Notes under the pieces: generated by a model
Told to the model about the DNA's origin: nothing
What the model saw: only the letters and a program-made list of their open reading frames with translations
The model's database searches: none
In this document: positions 36,645 through 49,409 of the stretch, one piece after another
How the letters are laid out: each line of letters starts with the position of its first letter
Numbering within the stretch: the first letter of the stretch is position 1
NCBI GenBank assembly: GCA_002269645.1
Contig: NIVC01001752.1
Span: forward strand, 1 to 64,000
Direction: 5' to 3'
DNA length: 64,000 bases
Source: Macrostomum lignano
Taxonomy: Eukaryota
Position numbers and translations under genes: made by a program

Positions 36645-38438
36645 TCTTCTCAGCTCTCTGCTCTCTTCTCTCTCCTCTGCTCGCCTCTCTCTCCTCTTTT
36701 CTCCTCTGCTCTCCTCTCCTCTCCTCTCCTCTCTTTCCTCTCTTCTCCTCTCTCTCCTCTCTCTCCTCTCTCTCCTCTCCTCTCCTCTCCTCTCCTCTCC
36801 TCTTCTCTCCTCTCCTCTGATCTCCTCTCCTCTCCTCTCCTCTTTTCTCCTCTGCTGTCCTCTCCTCTCCTCTCCTCTCCTCTCCTCTCCTCTCCTCTCC
36901 TCTCCTCTCCTCTCCTCTCCTCTCCTCTCCTCTCATCTCCTCTCCTCTCCTCTCCTCTCCTCTCCTCTCCTCTCCTCTCCTCTCCTCTCCTCTCCTCTCC
37001 TCTCCTTTCCTCTCCTCTCCTCTCCTCTCCTCTCCTCTCCTCTCCTCTCCTCTCCTCTCCTCTCCTCTCCTCTCCTCTCCTCTCCTCTCCTCTCCTCTCC
37101 TCTCCTCTCCTCTCCTCTCCTCTCCTCTGATCTCCTCTCCTCTCCTCTCCTCTCCTCTCCTCTCCTCTCCTCTCCTCTCCTCTCCTCTCCTCTCCTCTCC
37201 TCTCCTCTCCTCTCCTCTCCTCTCCTCTCCTCTCCTCTCCTCTCCTCTCCTCTCCTCTCCTCTCCTCTCCTCTCCTCTCCTCTCCTCTCCTCTCCTCTCC
37301 TCTCCTCTCCTTTCCTCTCCTCTCCTCTCCTCTCCTCTCCTCTCCTCTCCTCTCCTCTCCTCTCCTTTCCTCTCCTCTCCTCTCCTCTCCTCTCCTCTCC
37401 TCTCCTCTCCTCTCCTCTCCTCTCCTCTCCTCTCCTCTCCTCTCCTCTCCTCTCCTCTCCTCTCCTCTCCTCTCCTCTCCTCTCCTCTCCTCTCCTCTCC
37501 TCTCCTCTCCTCTCCTCTCCTCTCCTCTCCTCTCCTCTCCTCTGATCTCCTCTCCTCTCCTCTCCTCTCCTCTCCTCTCCTCTTTTCTCCTCTGCTCTGC
37601 TGTCCTCTCCTCTCTCTCTCCTCTCCTCTCCTCTCCTCTCCTCTCCTCTCCTCTCCTCTCCTCTCCTCTCCTCTCCTCTCCTCTCCTCTCCTCTCCTCTC
37701 CTCTCCTCTCCTTTCCTCTCCTCTCCTCTCCTCTCCTCTCCTTTCCTCTCCTCTCCTCTCCTCTCCTCTCCTCTCCTCTCCTCTCCTCTCCTCTGATCTC
37801 CTCTCTCTCCTCTGCTCGCCTCTCTCTCCTCTTTTCTCCTCTGCTCTCCTCTCCTCTCCTCTCCTCTTTTCTCCTCTGCTCTGCTGTCCTCTCCTCTCCT
37901 CTCCTCTCCTCTCCTCTCCTCTCCTCTCCTCTCCTCTCCTCTCCTCTCCTCTTTTCTCCTCTGCTCTGCTGTCCTCTCCTCTCCTCTCCTCTCCTCTCCT
38001 CTCCTCTCCTCTCCTCTCCTCTCCTCTCCTCTCCTCTCCTCTCCTCTCATCTCCTCTCCTCTCCTCTCCTCTCCTCTCCTCCTCTCCTCTCCTCTCCTCT
38101 CCTTTCCTCTCCTCTCCTCTCCTCTCCTCTCCTCTCCTCTCCTCTCCTCTCCTCTCCTCTCCTCTCCTCTCCTCTCCTCTCCTCTCCTCTCCTCTCCTCT
38201 CCTCTGATCTCCTCTCCTCTCCTCTCCTCTCCTCTCCTCTCCTCTCCTCTCCTCTCCTTTCCTCTCCTCTGATCTCCTCTCCTCTCCTCTCCTCTCTCTC
38301 TCCTCTCCTCTCCTCTCCTCTCCTCTCCTCTCCTTTCCTCTCCTCTCCTCTCCTCTCCTCTCCTCTCCTCTCCTCTCCTCTCTCTCTCCTCTCCTCTCCT
38401 CTCCTCTCCTCTCCTCTGATCTCCTCTCTCTCCTCTCA
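36645..38438 (+). repeat. (CTCCT)n polypyrimidine satellite, ~1.8 kb
   Basis: Almost purely C/T pentamer run. Confidence 0.98.
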
Positions 38439-39174
38439 CATGGCATCTTCTCTTTCTATTCTTCTCTCTTTTCTATTCTTTCTCTTTCCTCTTTCACCTG
38501 GCTGTTGCAGTAAACTTAGGATCTGGCTTTCAAATCTCCAGGTGATGAAGCCAGCCGAACAAAAACCTTATCCTCATTTTTTGTCAGTCTCTCAGACAGA
38601 AATCGTCGGCAACTTCCCTCAGCCGGTCAGGGGGCCGGGGGACCCCTGCAGCAAACACTTTTGTTAATCCACCCTCTACTCCCCCCCGCCCCGCCCTCCT
38701 CCTGCGTGCTTTTATTTCTAGTGGGTCTGTAAATTCTCTGTCTGGGGCGGGGCTCCCCCCCCCCCCCCGGGGTCCCGTCTTGTCTGGTCCTGTCTGCAAA
38801 GGTAGAGCTCGCAATTCAAGTTGCCTGACTAAAGTTGGGATTTGCTTGCTGTATAGTTTATTACTGCTTCTAGGGGCAAGTTTTCTGTTGCAAAGTTCTG
38901 TGTAGAGCCAAGGGGAAACATAATTTGTAGAATGAGGGCTCAAGTGCGGGGTTTTTTTCTCTTCAACTCCCATTGTCCCTTTTTTCTGAAAAAAGACAAT
39001 GCTTCCGCTCGTGTCTATTATTGTGCCTCCATGCTCTGATCTTTGAGCACTGCACTGAGGCTGACTGACTGGCTCAGGCCTCTGTTTAGAGATTGTCGGT
39101 TTGAGAGTAAAATAAGGGAAAGTTTGGTTTAAAAACACTGGGTGATAGAGACAATCCAAACTGGTAGGAATGAC

Positions 39175-40350
39175 TGAGTGGAGTGGGAGAGAGTGGAGAG
39201 AGGAGGGATAGACAGAAAATTGAGGTAGACAGGGGAAGGAGGGAGAGGGAGAGAGGGGAAAGAGAGGGAGAGAGGAGAAGGAGAGGGAGAGAGGGGAAAG
39301 AGAGAGTGAGAGGGGAAAGAGAGGGTGAGAGGGGGAGGAGAGGGAGAGAGGGGAAAGAGAGGGTGAGAGGGGAAGGAGAGGGAGAGAGGAGAAGGAGAGG
39401 GAGAGAGGGGAAAGAGAGGGTGAGAGGGGAAAGAGAGGGAGAGAGGGGAAAGAGAGGGTGAGAGGGGAAAGAGAGGGAGAGAGGAGAAGGAGAGGGTGAG
39501 AGGGGAAGGAGAGGGAGAGAGGAGAAGGAGAGGGAGAGAGGGGAAAGAGAGGGTGAGAGGGGAAAGAGAGGGAGAGTGGGGAAGGAGGGAGAGAGGGGAA
39601 GGAGGGGAGAGAGGGGAAGGAGGGGAGAGAGGGGAAGGAGGGAGAGAGGGGGAGGAGAGGAGGAGAGGAGAGAGGGGAGGAGAGGAGAGAGGGGAAGGAG
39701 GGGAGAGAGGGGAAGGAGGGGAGAGAGGGGAAGGAGGGAGAGAGGGGGAGGAGAGGAGGAGAGGAGAGAGGGGGAGGAGGGGAGAGAGGGGAAGGAGGGG
39801 AGAGAGGGGAAGGAGGGAGAGAGGGGGAGGAGAGGAGGAGAGGAGAGAGGGGAGGAGAGGAGAGAGGGGAAGGAGAGGGAGAGAGGGGAAGGAGGGAGAG
39901 AGGGGGAGGAGAGGGAGAGAGGGGAAGGAGGGAGAGAGGGGAAGGAGGGAGAGAGGGGAAAGAGAGGGTGAGAGGGGAAAGAGAGGGAGAGTGGGGAAGG
40001 AGGGAGAGAGGGGAAGGAGGGGAGAGAGGGGAAGGAGGGGAGAGAGGGGAAGGAGGGAGAGAGGGGGAGGAGAGGAGGAGAGGAGAGAGGGGGAGGAGAG
40101 GAGAGAGGGGAAGGAGAGGGAGAGAGGGGAAGGAGGGAGAGAGGGGAAGGAGGGAGAGAGGGGGAGTAGAGGAGAGAGGGGGGGGAGAGGAGAGAGGGGA
40201 AGGAGAGGGAGAGAGGGGAAGGAGGGAGAGAGGGGAAGGAGGGAGAGAGGGGGAGTAGAGGAGAGAGGGGGAGGAGAGGAGAGAGGGGAAGGAGAGGAGA
40301 GAGGGGAAAGAGAGGGAGAGAGGGGGAGGAGAGGAAAGAGGTTAAGGAGA
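39175..40350 (+). repeat. G/A polypurine minisatellite (GGAGGGAGAGAGGGGAA-like), ~1.2 kb
   Basis: Almost purely G/A with recurring units. Confidence 0.96.
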
Positions 40351-40914
40351 GATAGAGATTAGCGAGAACTAATAGGGAAAGTTTTCCATAGCACAAGATA
40401 TATGAATATGAATGCGCAAAGCTAAAATCGGAGGTCAGTGAAGGTGCCACCAGGAATTGCTCTCAGTAATTGCTAACTATTCCGGAAGCGACCAGTCCAC
40501 ATACCTGCCAACTTTATAAAGCTTTGAACTTTCCCGTAGCTCACATTTATTATTGGCCTTTGCCACAGCAACTGTTCAAAAAATAGTCATTTCTATCTTT
40601 ATAATTTCTTTTTCTTGCAAGGAAGCCCAATTAGTGCGGCAAGGACCAAGGAGTGCGGAGTGTTCCAGGAATGCTGGGCCACCAAAGCTGGCCTTCCTTT
40701 TTTGCCCTTCACTTTCACCACCACCCTGTTCAGGATGGTTGTGGCGAGATCGCTTCCACAACCAGAGTGCTCAAAAAAGTCACCCTGTGCGATCGCGTGT
40801 GTATGAGTGGATTGATAGACGAAAAGCCTTCAAGATGTTAATTGGAGATGCCAAAATCCAGAGGCAGAGCTCACGTCTTCTTGAGCTGAGCTGATTTGAT
40901 ATCGTCAGGATCGT

Positions 40915-41560
40915 GAGGATTAGATGTCGTTGAGATGGGTCAACTGACCTATTAGATGTCCTTGAGATGGGTCAACTGACCTATTAGATGTCGTTGAGAT
41001 GGGTCAACTGACCTATTAGATGTCGTTGAGATGGGTCAACTGACCTATTAGATGTCGTTGAGATGGGTCAACTGACCTATTAGATGTCGTTGAGATGGGT
41101 CAACTGACCTATTGGATGTCGTTGAGATGGGTCAACTGACCTATTAGATGTCGTTGAGATGGGTCAACTGACCTATTGGATGTCGTTGAGATGGGTCAAC
41201 TGACCTATTGGATGTCGTTGAGATGGGTCAACTGATCTATTAGATGTCATTGAGATGGGTGAACTGACCTATTAGGCATTTTTAGAATGGGTCAACTGAC
41301 CTATTAGACATTTTTAGGCATGAGTCAACTGACCTATTAGACATTTTTTATAATGAGTCAACTGACCTATTAGACATTTTTAGGATGAGTCAACTGACCT
41401 ATTAGACATTCTTAGAATGAGTCAACTGACCTATTAGACATTTTTAGAATGAGTCAACTGACCTATTAGACATTCTTAGAATGAGTCAACTGACTTATTA
41501 TACGATTTTAGGATGAGTCAACTGACCTATCAGACATTGGATCAGGATGGGTCAACTGAA
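40915..41560 (+). repeat. 32 bp minisatellite (GATGTCGTTGAGATGGGTCAACTGACCTATTA)
   Basis: Tandem units; shares the GTCAACTGACC core with the 30-bp array at 44.6-48.7 kb. Confidence 0.93.
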
Positions 41561-42427
41561 TCGTGACTCACTCACAAGAACGATTTAATTAATTTCCCTA
41601 TTGAGCACATTACTAATGATTTAAACACTGACACATGTGTAACATCCCTTAAAACATTGAGCACATTAATCCTGAACAGTTCCTCATTGTAGCCAAAGTT
41701 AATTATCCTCTTTTGTCTGTCGACCAACTGACTAACTGCCCACGCGCCGCCGGGGCCGAAGCATTATTTGGAGCAATTATTTTTTATTTGATTTTTACAG
41801 CACAGCCCGAGCTGATAGGGTCGTAAATTTATGGTGTACAACATGAGTGCAACCTTGACCACAGTCAAGCACTGTGACACACGCATTTATTAATGTTACT
41901 AAAATGGCCTGATAGCTAGCAGTTTCAAAGCTGGGCCCCAATTTTTATTAACCTCAATAAACTGACTGTGGCTGACACCGGGGCTTCCTGTCTGCCTCGT
42001 CTGCTTCCTCTCCTGGAGGCAGGGAAACCGGCATCTGCCCTTCCCTCCCCATCTGCCTCTGGAAGAAGAGAGAGTGGCAATTCCCAGCGATTCCCCCCCT
42101 CGTTTCCGAAACTGACACCGCATCGGTTAAAATCTCGTTTTCTAAGAAATGGATCCTGATTGCATGTCGCCGCCTGAAATGCATTTTTAGATATCTTCGT
42201 TGATGTGCCTGCCAATAAGGTGGTTTGTTATCAAATGATCTTGTAGGCTATTTGGCAGGATGCCGTGATTATTAAGTGCTGTAATTTAATTTTTTCTAGC
42301 TTTGAACTGTTGCCATCGATTTCTGGTAATCCGAATTTTGCTGAGTTTCTTGCCGCAGCTCTTGCTGGCACGCTGAGATACATGCTCTGGCTGAGATGCG
42401 GAATGAACTGGATTTGTGCACCCCATC

Positions 42428-44040
42428 CATTTCCTTCTCCATCTCCATCTTCCTCTCCATCTTCATCTCCCTCTCCCTCTCCCTCTCCCTCTCCCTCTCC
42501 CTCTCCCTCTCCATCTCCCTCTCCATCTCCCTCTCCCTCTCCCTCTCCCTCTCCCTCTCCCTCTCCCTCTCCCTCTCTATTTCCCTCTCCATCTCCATCT
42601 CCATCTCCCTCTCCATCTTCCTCTTCCTCTCCCTCTCCCTCTCCCTCTCCCTCTCCCTCTCCCTCTCCCTCTCCCTCTCCCTCTCCCTCTCTATTTCCCT
42701 CTCCATCTCCATCTCCCTCTCCCTCTCCCTCTCCCTCTCCCTCTCCATCTCCCTCTCCATCTCCATCTCCCTCTCCATCTCCATCTCCCTCTCCCTCTCC
42801 CTCTCCCTCTCCCTCTCCCTCTCCCTCTCCATCTCCCTCTCCATCTCCATCTCCATCTTCCTCTCCCTCTCCCTTTTCCTCTCCCTCTCCCTCTCCCTCT
42901 CCCTCTCCCTCTCCCTCTCCCTCTCTATTTCCCTCTCCATCTCCATCTCCATCTCCCTCTCCCTCTCCCTCTCCATCTCCCTCTCCATCTCCATCTCCCT
43001 CTCCATCTCCATCTCCCTCTCCATCTCCATCTCCCTCTCCCTCTCCCTCTCCCTCTCCCTCTCCCTCTCCCTCTCCCTCTCCCTCTCCCTCTCCCTCTCC
43101 ATCTCCCTCTCCATCTCCCTCTCCATCTCCCTCTCCATCTCCATCTCCCTCTCCATCTCCATCTCCCTCTCCCTCTCCCTCTCCCTCTCCATCTCCCTCT
43201 CCATCTCCATCTCCATCTTCCTCTCCCTCTCCCTTTTCCTCTCACTCTCCCTCTCCCTCTCCCTCTCCCTCTCCCTCTCCCTCTCCCTCTCTATTTCCCT
43301 CTCCATCTCCATCTCCATCTCCCTCTCCCTCTCCCTCTCCATCTCCCTCTTCATCTCCATCTCCCTCTCCATCTCCATCTCCCTCTCCCTCTCCCTCTCC
43401 CTCTCCCTCTCCCTCTCCCTCTCCCTCTCCCTCTCCCTCTCCCTCTCCATCTCCCTCTCCATCTCCCTCTCCATCTCCCTCTCCATCTCCATCTTCCTCT
43501 CCCTCTCCCTCTCCCTCTCCCTCTCCCTCTCCCTCTCCCTCTCCCTCTCCCTCTCTATTTCCCTCTCCATCTCCATCTCCATCTCCCTCTCCCTCTCCCT
43601 CTCCATCTCCCTCTCCATCTCCATCTCCCTCTCCATCTCCATCTCCCTCTCCCTCTCCCTCTCCCTCTCCCTCTCCCTCTCCCTCTACCTCTCCCTCTCC
43701 CTCTCCATCTCCCTCTCCATCTCCCTCTCCATCTCCCTCTCCATCTCCATCTCCATCTCCCTCTCCATCTCCCTCTCCATCTCTCCATCTCCATCTCCCT
43801 CTCCATCTCCATCCCCCTCTCTCCCTCTCCCTCTCCATCTCCCTCTCCATCTCCCTCTCCATCTCCATCTCCATCTCCCTCTCCCTCTCCCTCTCCATCT
43901 CTCCATCTCCATCTCCCTCTCCATCTCCATCCCCCTCTCTCCCTCTCCATCTCCATCTCCCTTTCCACCCCCTCTCTCTACCTCTCCATCACTATTTTCC
44001 TTTTCATCCCCTGTCTCTCTCCCTCTCCCTCTCCGCCATC
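42428..44040 (+). repeat. (CTCCCT/CTCCAT)n hexamer polypyrimidine tract
   Basis: Hexamer run; reverse complement of the 58.5-60.4 kb tract family. Confidence 0.97.
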
Positions 44041-44624
44041 CCTATCTCTTACATCTAATTCTATTCTTTTCAAAAGGAGAACTTTTTCTTCCCACCCTCC
44101 TAACTTCACTGCTCCGCCGTCAAAGTCTTCCCAAGAAACCGTTTTCCTCGTGACCTACTCAACTCGCTCGCTCAACCAAAAAACCCCTCATATTTCTCAT
44201 TTTCCAAATGTCACAAGCAGAAAAGAATCCTATGAAAGGAATACCAGGATCGCCTCTCTATTGCGTTTGCAAACTTTTATCCCATCGAACTCTGTCTCAT
44301 CTCAATCCCTTCGCATTTCCTATCTACTTCCCAGCTATAGTACTGCCCTCGAACTTAATTTTGACCCTCTATACCTAAGCCAGGGGTTAGGGAGGTCCAC
44401 CATTCTTGGAGAAAGAATTTCTCATTCGAACGGAACTCCTTCGGCTGGCACAAAATCAATTTGGGTTCGAGTTTTTCAGCTCAAGCTCAGATTTAGTCAT
44501 GGCTTGCTTTCTTGGAGCCCGAGCTAGACAGCCGCAGAACCCTAATTTAAGCCCATTCATCTGCGTTTCATTCAAATCCTCAGTCAAATCGTAATCTGCA
44601 CTTTTGCATTGATCCGCTACCGGT

Positions 44625-47600
44625 AGACTCTGAGAATGGGTCACCTGACCCACTAGATCTTCATTATGGGTCACCTGACCCACTAGATTCCAGAATGAGT
44701 CAACTGACCCACCAGATCTTCAGAATGAGTCAAATGACCCACTAGATCTTCATCATAGGTCACCTGACCTGACCCACTAGATCTTCAGAATGAGTCAACT
44801 GACCTACTAGATCCCATAATGGGTCAACTGACTCACTAGATCTTCAACTGACCTACTAGATCTTTTGAATGGGTCAACTTACCCACTATATTTTCATCAT
44901 GGGTCAACTGACCCACTAACTCTTCATAATGAGTCAACTAACCTACTAGATCCCAGAATGGGTCAATTAATCTACGGAATGGGTCAACTGACCTACTAGA
45001 TCTTCATCATGGGTCACCTGACTTGACCCACTAAATCTTCAGAATTAGTCAACTGACCTACTAGATCTTCAGAATGAGTCAACTGACCTACTAGATCTCC
45101 AGAATGGGTCAACTGACCCACTAAATCTTCAGAATGAATCAACTGACCCACTAGATCTTCAGAATGAATCAACTGACCTACTAGATCTTCAGAATGAATC
45201 AACTGACCCACTAGATCTTCAGAATGAATCAACTGACCTACTAGATCTTCAGAATGAATCAACTGACCTACTAGATCTTCAGAATTAGTCAACTGACCTA
45301 CTAAATCTTCAGAATTAGTCAACTGACCTACTAAATCTTCAGAATTAGTCAACTGACCCACTAAATCTTCAGAATTAGTCAACTGACCCACTAAATCTTC
45401 AGAATTAGTCAACTGACCTACTAGATCTTCAGAATGAGTCAACTGACCCACTAAATCTTCAGAATGAATCAACTGACCCACTAGATCTTCAGAATGAATC
45501 AACTGACCTACTAAATCTTCAGAATGAATAAACTGACCTACTAGATCTTCAGAATTAGTCAACTGACCCACTAAATCTTCAGAATTAGTCAACTGACCCA
45601 CTAAATCTTCAGAATTAGTCAACTGACCCACTAAATCTTCAGAATTAGTCAACTGACCTACTAGATCTTCAGAATGAGTCAACTGACCTACTAGATCTTC
45701 AGAATTAGTCAACTGACCTACTAGATCTTCAGAATTAGTCAACTGACCTACTAGATCTTCAGAATTAGTCAACTGACCTACTAGATCTTCAGAATGAGTC
45801 AACTGACCTACTAGATCTTCAGAATGAGTCAACTGACCCACTAGATCTTCAGAATGAATCAACTGACCCACTAGATCTTCAGAATGAATCAACTGACCTA
45901 CTTAATCTTCAGAATGAATAAACTGACCTACTAGATCTTCAGAATGAATCAACTGACCCACTAAATCTTCAGAATTAGTCAACTGACCCACTAAATCTTC
46001 AGAATTAGTCAACTGACCCACTAAATCTTCAGAATTAGTCAACTGACCTACTAGATCTTCAGAATGAGTCAACTGACCTACTAGATCTTCAGAATTAGTC
46101 AACTGACCCACTAAATCTTCAGAATTAGTCAACTGACCTACTAAATCTTCAGAATTAGTCAACTGACCCACTAAATCTTCAGAATTAGTCAAGTGACCTA
46201 CTAGATCTTCAGAATGAGTCAACTGACCCACTAAATCTTCAGAATGAATCAACTGACCCACTAGATCTTCAGAATGAATCAACTGACCTACTAAATCTTT
46301 AGAATGAATCAACTGACCTACTAGATCTTCAGAATTAGTCAACTGACCCACTAAATCTTCAGAATTAGTCAACTGACCCACTAAATCTTCAGAATTAGTC
46401 AACTGACCTACTAGATCTTCAGAATGAGTCAACTGACCTACTAGATCTTCAGAATGAGTCAACTGACCCACTAAATCTTCAGAATGAATCAACTGACCCA
46501 CTAGATCTTCAGAATGAATCAACTGACCCACTAGATCTTCGGAACGGGTCAACTGACCCACTAGATTCCAGAATGAATCAACTGACCCACTAAATCTTCA
46601 GAATTAGTCAACTGACCTACTAGATCTTCAGAATTAGTCAACTGACCTACTAGATCTTCAGAATGAGTCAACTGACCTACTAGATCTTCAGAATGAGTCA
46701 ACTGACCTACTAAATCTTCAGAATTAGTCAACTGACCTACTAGATCTTCAGAATGAGTCAACTGACCTACTAGATCTTCAGAATTAGTCAACTGACCCAC
46801 TAAATCTTCAGAATTAGTCAACTGACCTACTAGATCTTCAGAATGAGTCAACTGACCCACTAAATCTTCAGAATGAATCAACTGACCCACTAGATCTTCA
46901 GAATGAATCAACTGACCCACTAGATCTTCGGAACGGGTCAACTGACCCACTAGATCTTCGGAACGGGTCAACTGACCCACTAGATCTTCGGAACGGGTCA
47001 ACTGACCCACTAGATTCCAGAATGAATCAACTGACCCACTAAATCTTCAGAATTAGTCAACTGACCTACTAGATCTTCAGAATTAGTCAACTGACCTACT
47101 AGATCTTCAGAATGAGTCAACTGACCCACTAAATCTTCAGAATGAATCAACTGACCTACTAGATCTTCAGAATGAATCAACTGACCCACTAGATCTTCGG
47201 AACGGGTCAACTGACCCACTAGATTCCAGAATGAATCAACTGACCCACTAAATCTTCAGAATTAGTCAACTGACCTACTAGATCCCAGAATGGGTCAACT
47301 GACCTACTAGATCTTTTGAATAGGTCAACTTATCCACTATATTTTCAGATTGGGTCAACTGACCCACTAACTCTTCATAATGAGTCAACTAACCTACTAG
47401 ATCCCAGTGTTGTGTCGCAAATGACTAAGAAGAGTTCATTCTGTGAGTTTTGGAACGAGCCGAGATAAATTCTTTATTTCAAAGAGCGATAGTCAATAGC
47501 AAAATATTATATAGCGATCAGGAGAGAGTGGTGGAAGGTGACAATATTTGGGGTGGTGGGTAAGGCGCACACAGGTAGACAGAGTGTACTAGAGAAAATG

Positions 47601-48680
47601 AGTATGTACTTGCAGAGGAATAAAATAAGTAAGAACAGAAAATATAATAAACAAGTTGCGATGCAAAATAAGTCAGTCAGCTCAAATCCACATAAGTTCA
47701 TCGAGTCATTCAAATAAGTTAAAGTCAAACGCCGCCTCACCCAGAATGGATCAATTAACCCACTAGATCTTTAGAATGAGTCAACTGACCCACTAGATCT
47801 TTAGAATGAGTCAACTGACCCACTAGATCTTTAGAATGAGTCAACTGACCCACTAGATCTTTAGAATGAGTCAACTGACCCACTAGATCTTTAGAATGAG
47901 TCAACTGACCCACTAGATCTTTAGAATGAGTCAACTGACCCACTAGATCTTTAGAATGAGTCAACTGACCCACTAGATCTTTAGAATGAGTCAACTGACC
48001 CACTAGATCTTTAGAATGAGTCAACTGACCCACTAGATCTTTAGAATGAGTCAACTGACCCACTAGATCTTTAGAATGAGTCAACTGACCCACTAGATCT
48101 TTAGAATGAGTCAACTGACCCACTAGATCTTTAGAATGAGTCAACTGACCCACTAGATCTTTAGAATGAGTCAACTGACCCACTAGATCTTTAGAATGAG
48201 TCAACTGACCCACTAGATCTTTAGAATGAGTCAACTGACCCACTAGATCTTTAGAATGAGTCAACTGACCCACTAGATCTTCAGAATGGGTCAATTGACC
48301 TACTAGATCCCATAATGGGTCAACTGACCCAACAGATATTCAACTGACCTACTAGATCTTTTGAATGGGTCAACTTACCCACTAGATCTTCATTATGGGT
48401 CAACTGACCCACTAAATCTTTCGAATGAGTCAACTGACCCACTTAATCTTCAGAGTGGGTCAATTGACCCACTAGATCTTTAGAATGAATCAACTGGCCA
48501 ACTAGATCCCATAATGAGTCACCTGACCCACTAAATCTTCAGAATGAGTCAACTAACCCACTAGATATTCATCATGGGTCACTTGACCCACTAGATCTTT
48601 ATAATAGGTCAAGTGACCCAATAGATCTTTAGAATAGGTCACTTGACCCATTAAGATCTTCAGAATGAGTCGCCTGACCC
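44625..48680 (+). repeat. 30 bp minisatellite (GTCAACTGACC[C/T]ACTAGATCTTCAGAATGA), interrupted by a solo LTR at 47408-47739
   Basis: Tandem units; 17 identical copies at 47761-48270. Confidence 0.96.
47408..47739 (-). mobile_element. Solo LTR (332 bp) of an LTR retrotransposon
   Basis: TG...CA termini and 5-bp TSD CCCAG (47403-47407 and 47740-47744). The uninterrupted site ACTAGATCCCAGAATGG is seen at ~44945-44961. The minus strand has TATATAA (47507-47513) followed by AATAAA (47473-47478) and ends ACAACA. Confidence 0.85.
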
Positions 48681-49069
48681 AATAAATAGCGAAGGAACCG
48701 AGAACAAACTCTATGATTTTATGAATTATTATGAATCGATTATTTTAGACCAACAATACAGTCAGCCATTCTCAAAGTTAAACCAGTCAGTGAAATGAGT
48801 CATCCTGTCAATATTCGTGAATTGCGTGCCAATTTTGCCTTGCTATAACAAAACTTTTTTTTCGCTCGACTTGTCAAGTCAGAAATTAATTGGCAGAAAA
48901 ATTCTTTTACCAATTAATGTAAATTTGTGGAGGCTTTGTGTAAAATTTTGAAAATTAAACAGCGGCAAAAAGCAGCTGGTTGTCACGGCTGGTTGGCGAA
49001 AATGTTTTTCTAATTTCTACTGGTGAATATAGATTTGAGACCAAGATTAGGCTATGAGAAACGCATGAG

Positions 49070-49322
49070 AATTTCAGAGCTATGAGAAATGCATGAGAAA
49101 TACAGAGCCATGAGAAATGCATGAGAAATACAGAGCCATGAGAAATGCATGAAAAATACACAGCTATGAGAAATTCATGAGAAATATAGAGCTATGAGAA
49201 ATGCATGAGAAATACTGAGCTATGAGAAATGCATGAGAATTTCAGAGCTATGAGAAATGCATGAGAAATACAGAGCTATGAGAAATGCATGATAAATACA
49301 CAGGCATGAGAAATGCATGAGA
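49070..49322 (+). repeat. ~28 bp minisatellite (GAGCTATGAGAAATGCATGAGAAATACA)
   Basis: Tandem units with an ATGCAT core. Confidence 0.9.
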
Positions 49323-49395
49323 ATCAAATGATTTTGTCTCTAATAGAAAGAAGATACTGAGCAAAATATCTCAAGTTAGCATCTCGGAACCCGCG

Positions 49396-49409
49396 GTTGC
49401 CATGGTGAC
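49396..49409. promoter_or_regulatory. Candidate RFX X-box (GTTGCCATGGTGAC) at the start of a GC-rich island
   Basis: Close match to the canonical GTTGCCATGGCAAC, in CpG-rich unique sequence. Function untested. Confidence 0.4.

Noticed and set aside
45014-48294. Long minus-strand ORFs of SEDLVGQLT(H/N) decapeptides
   Set aside because: They follow from a 30-bp unit lacking stops in one frame. They are broken by frameshifts and an LTR, and have no unique coding flanks.
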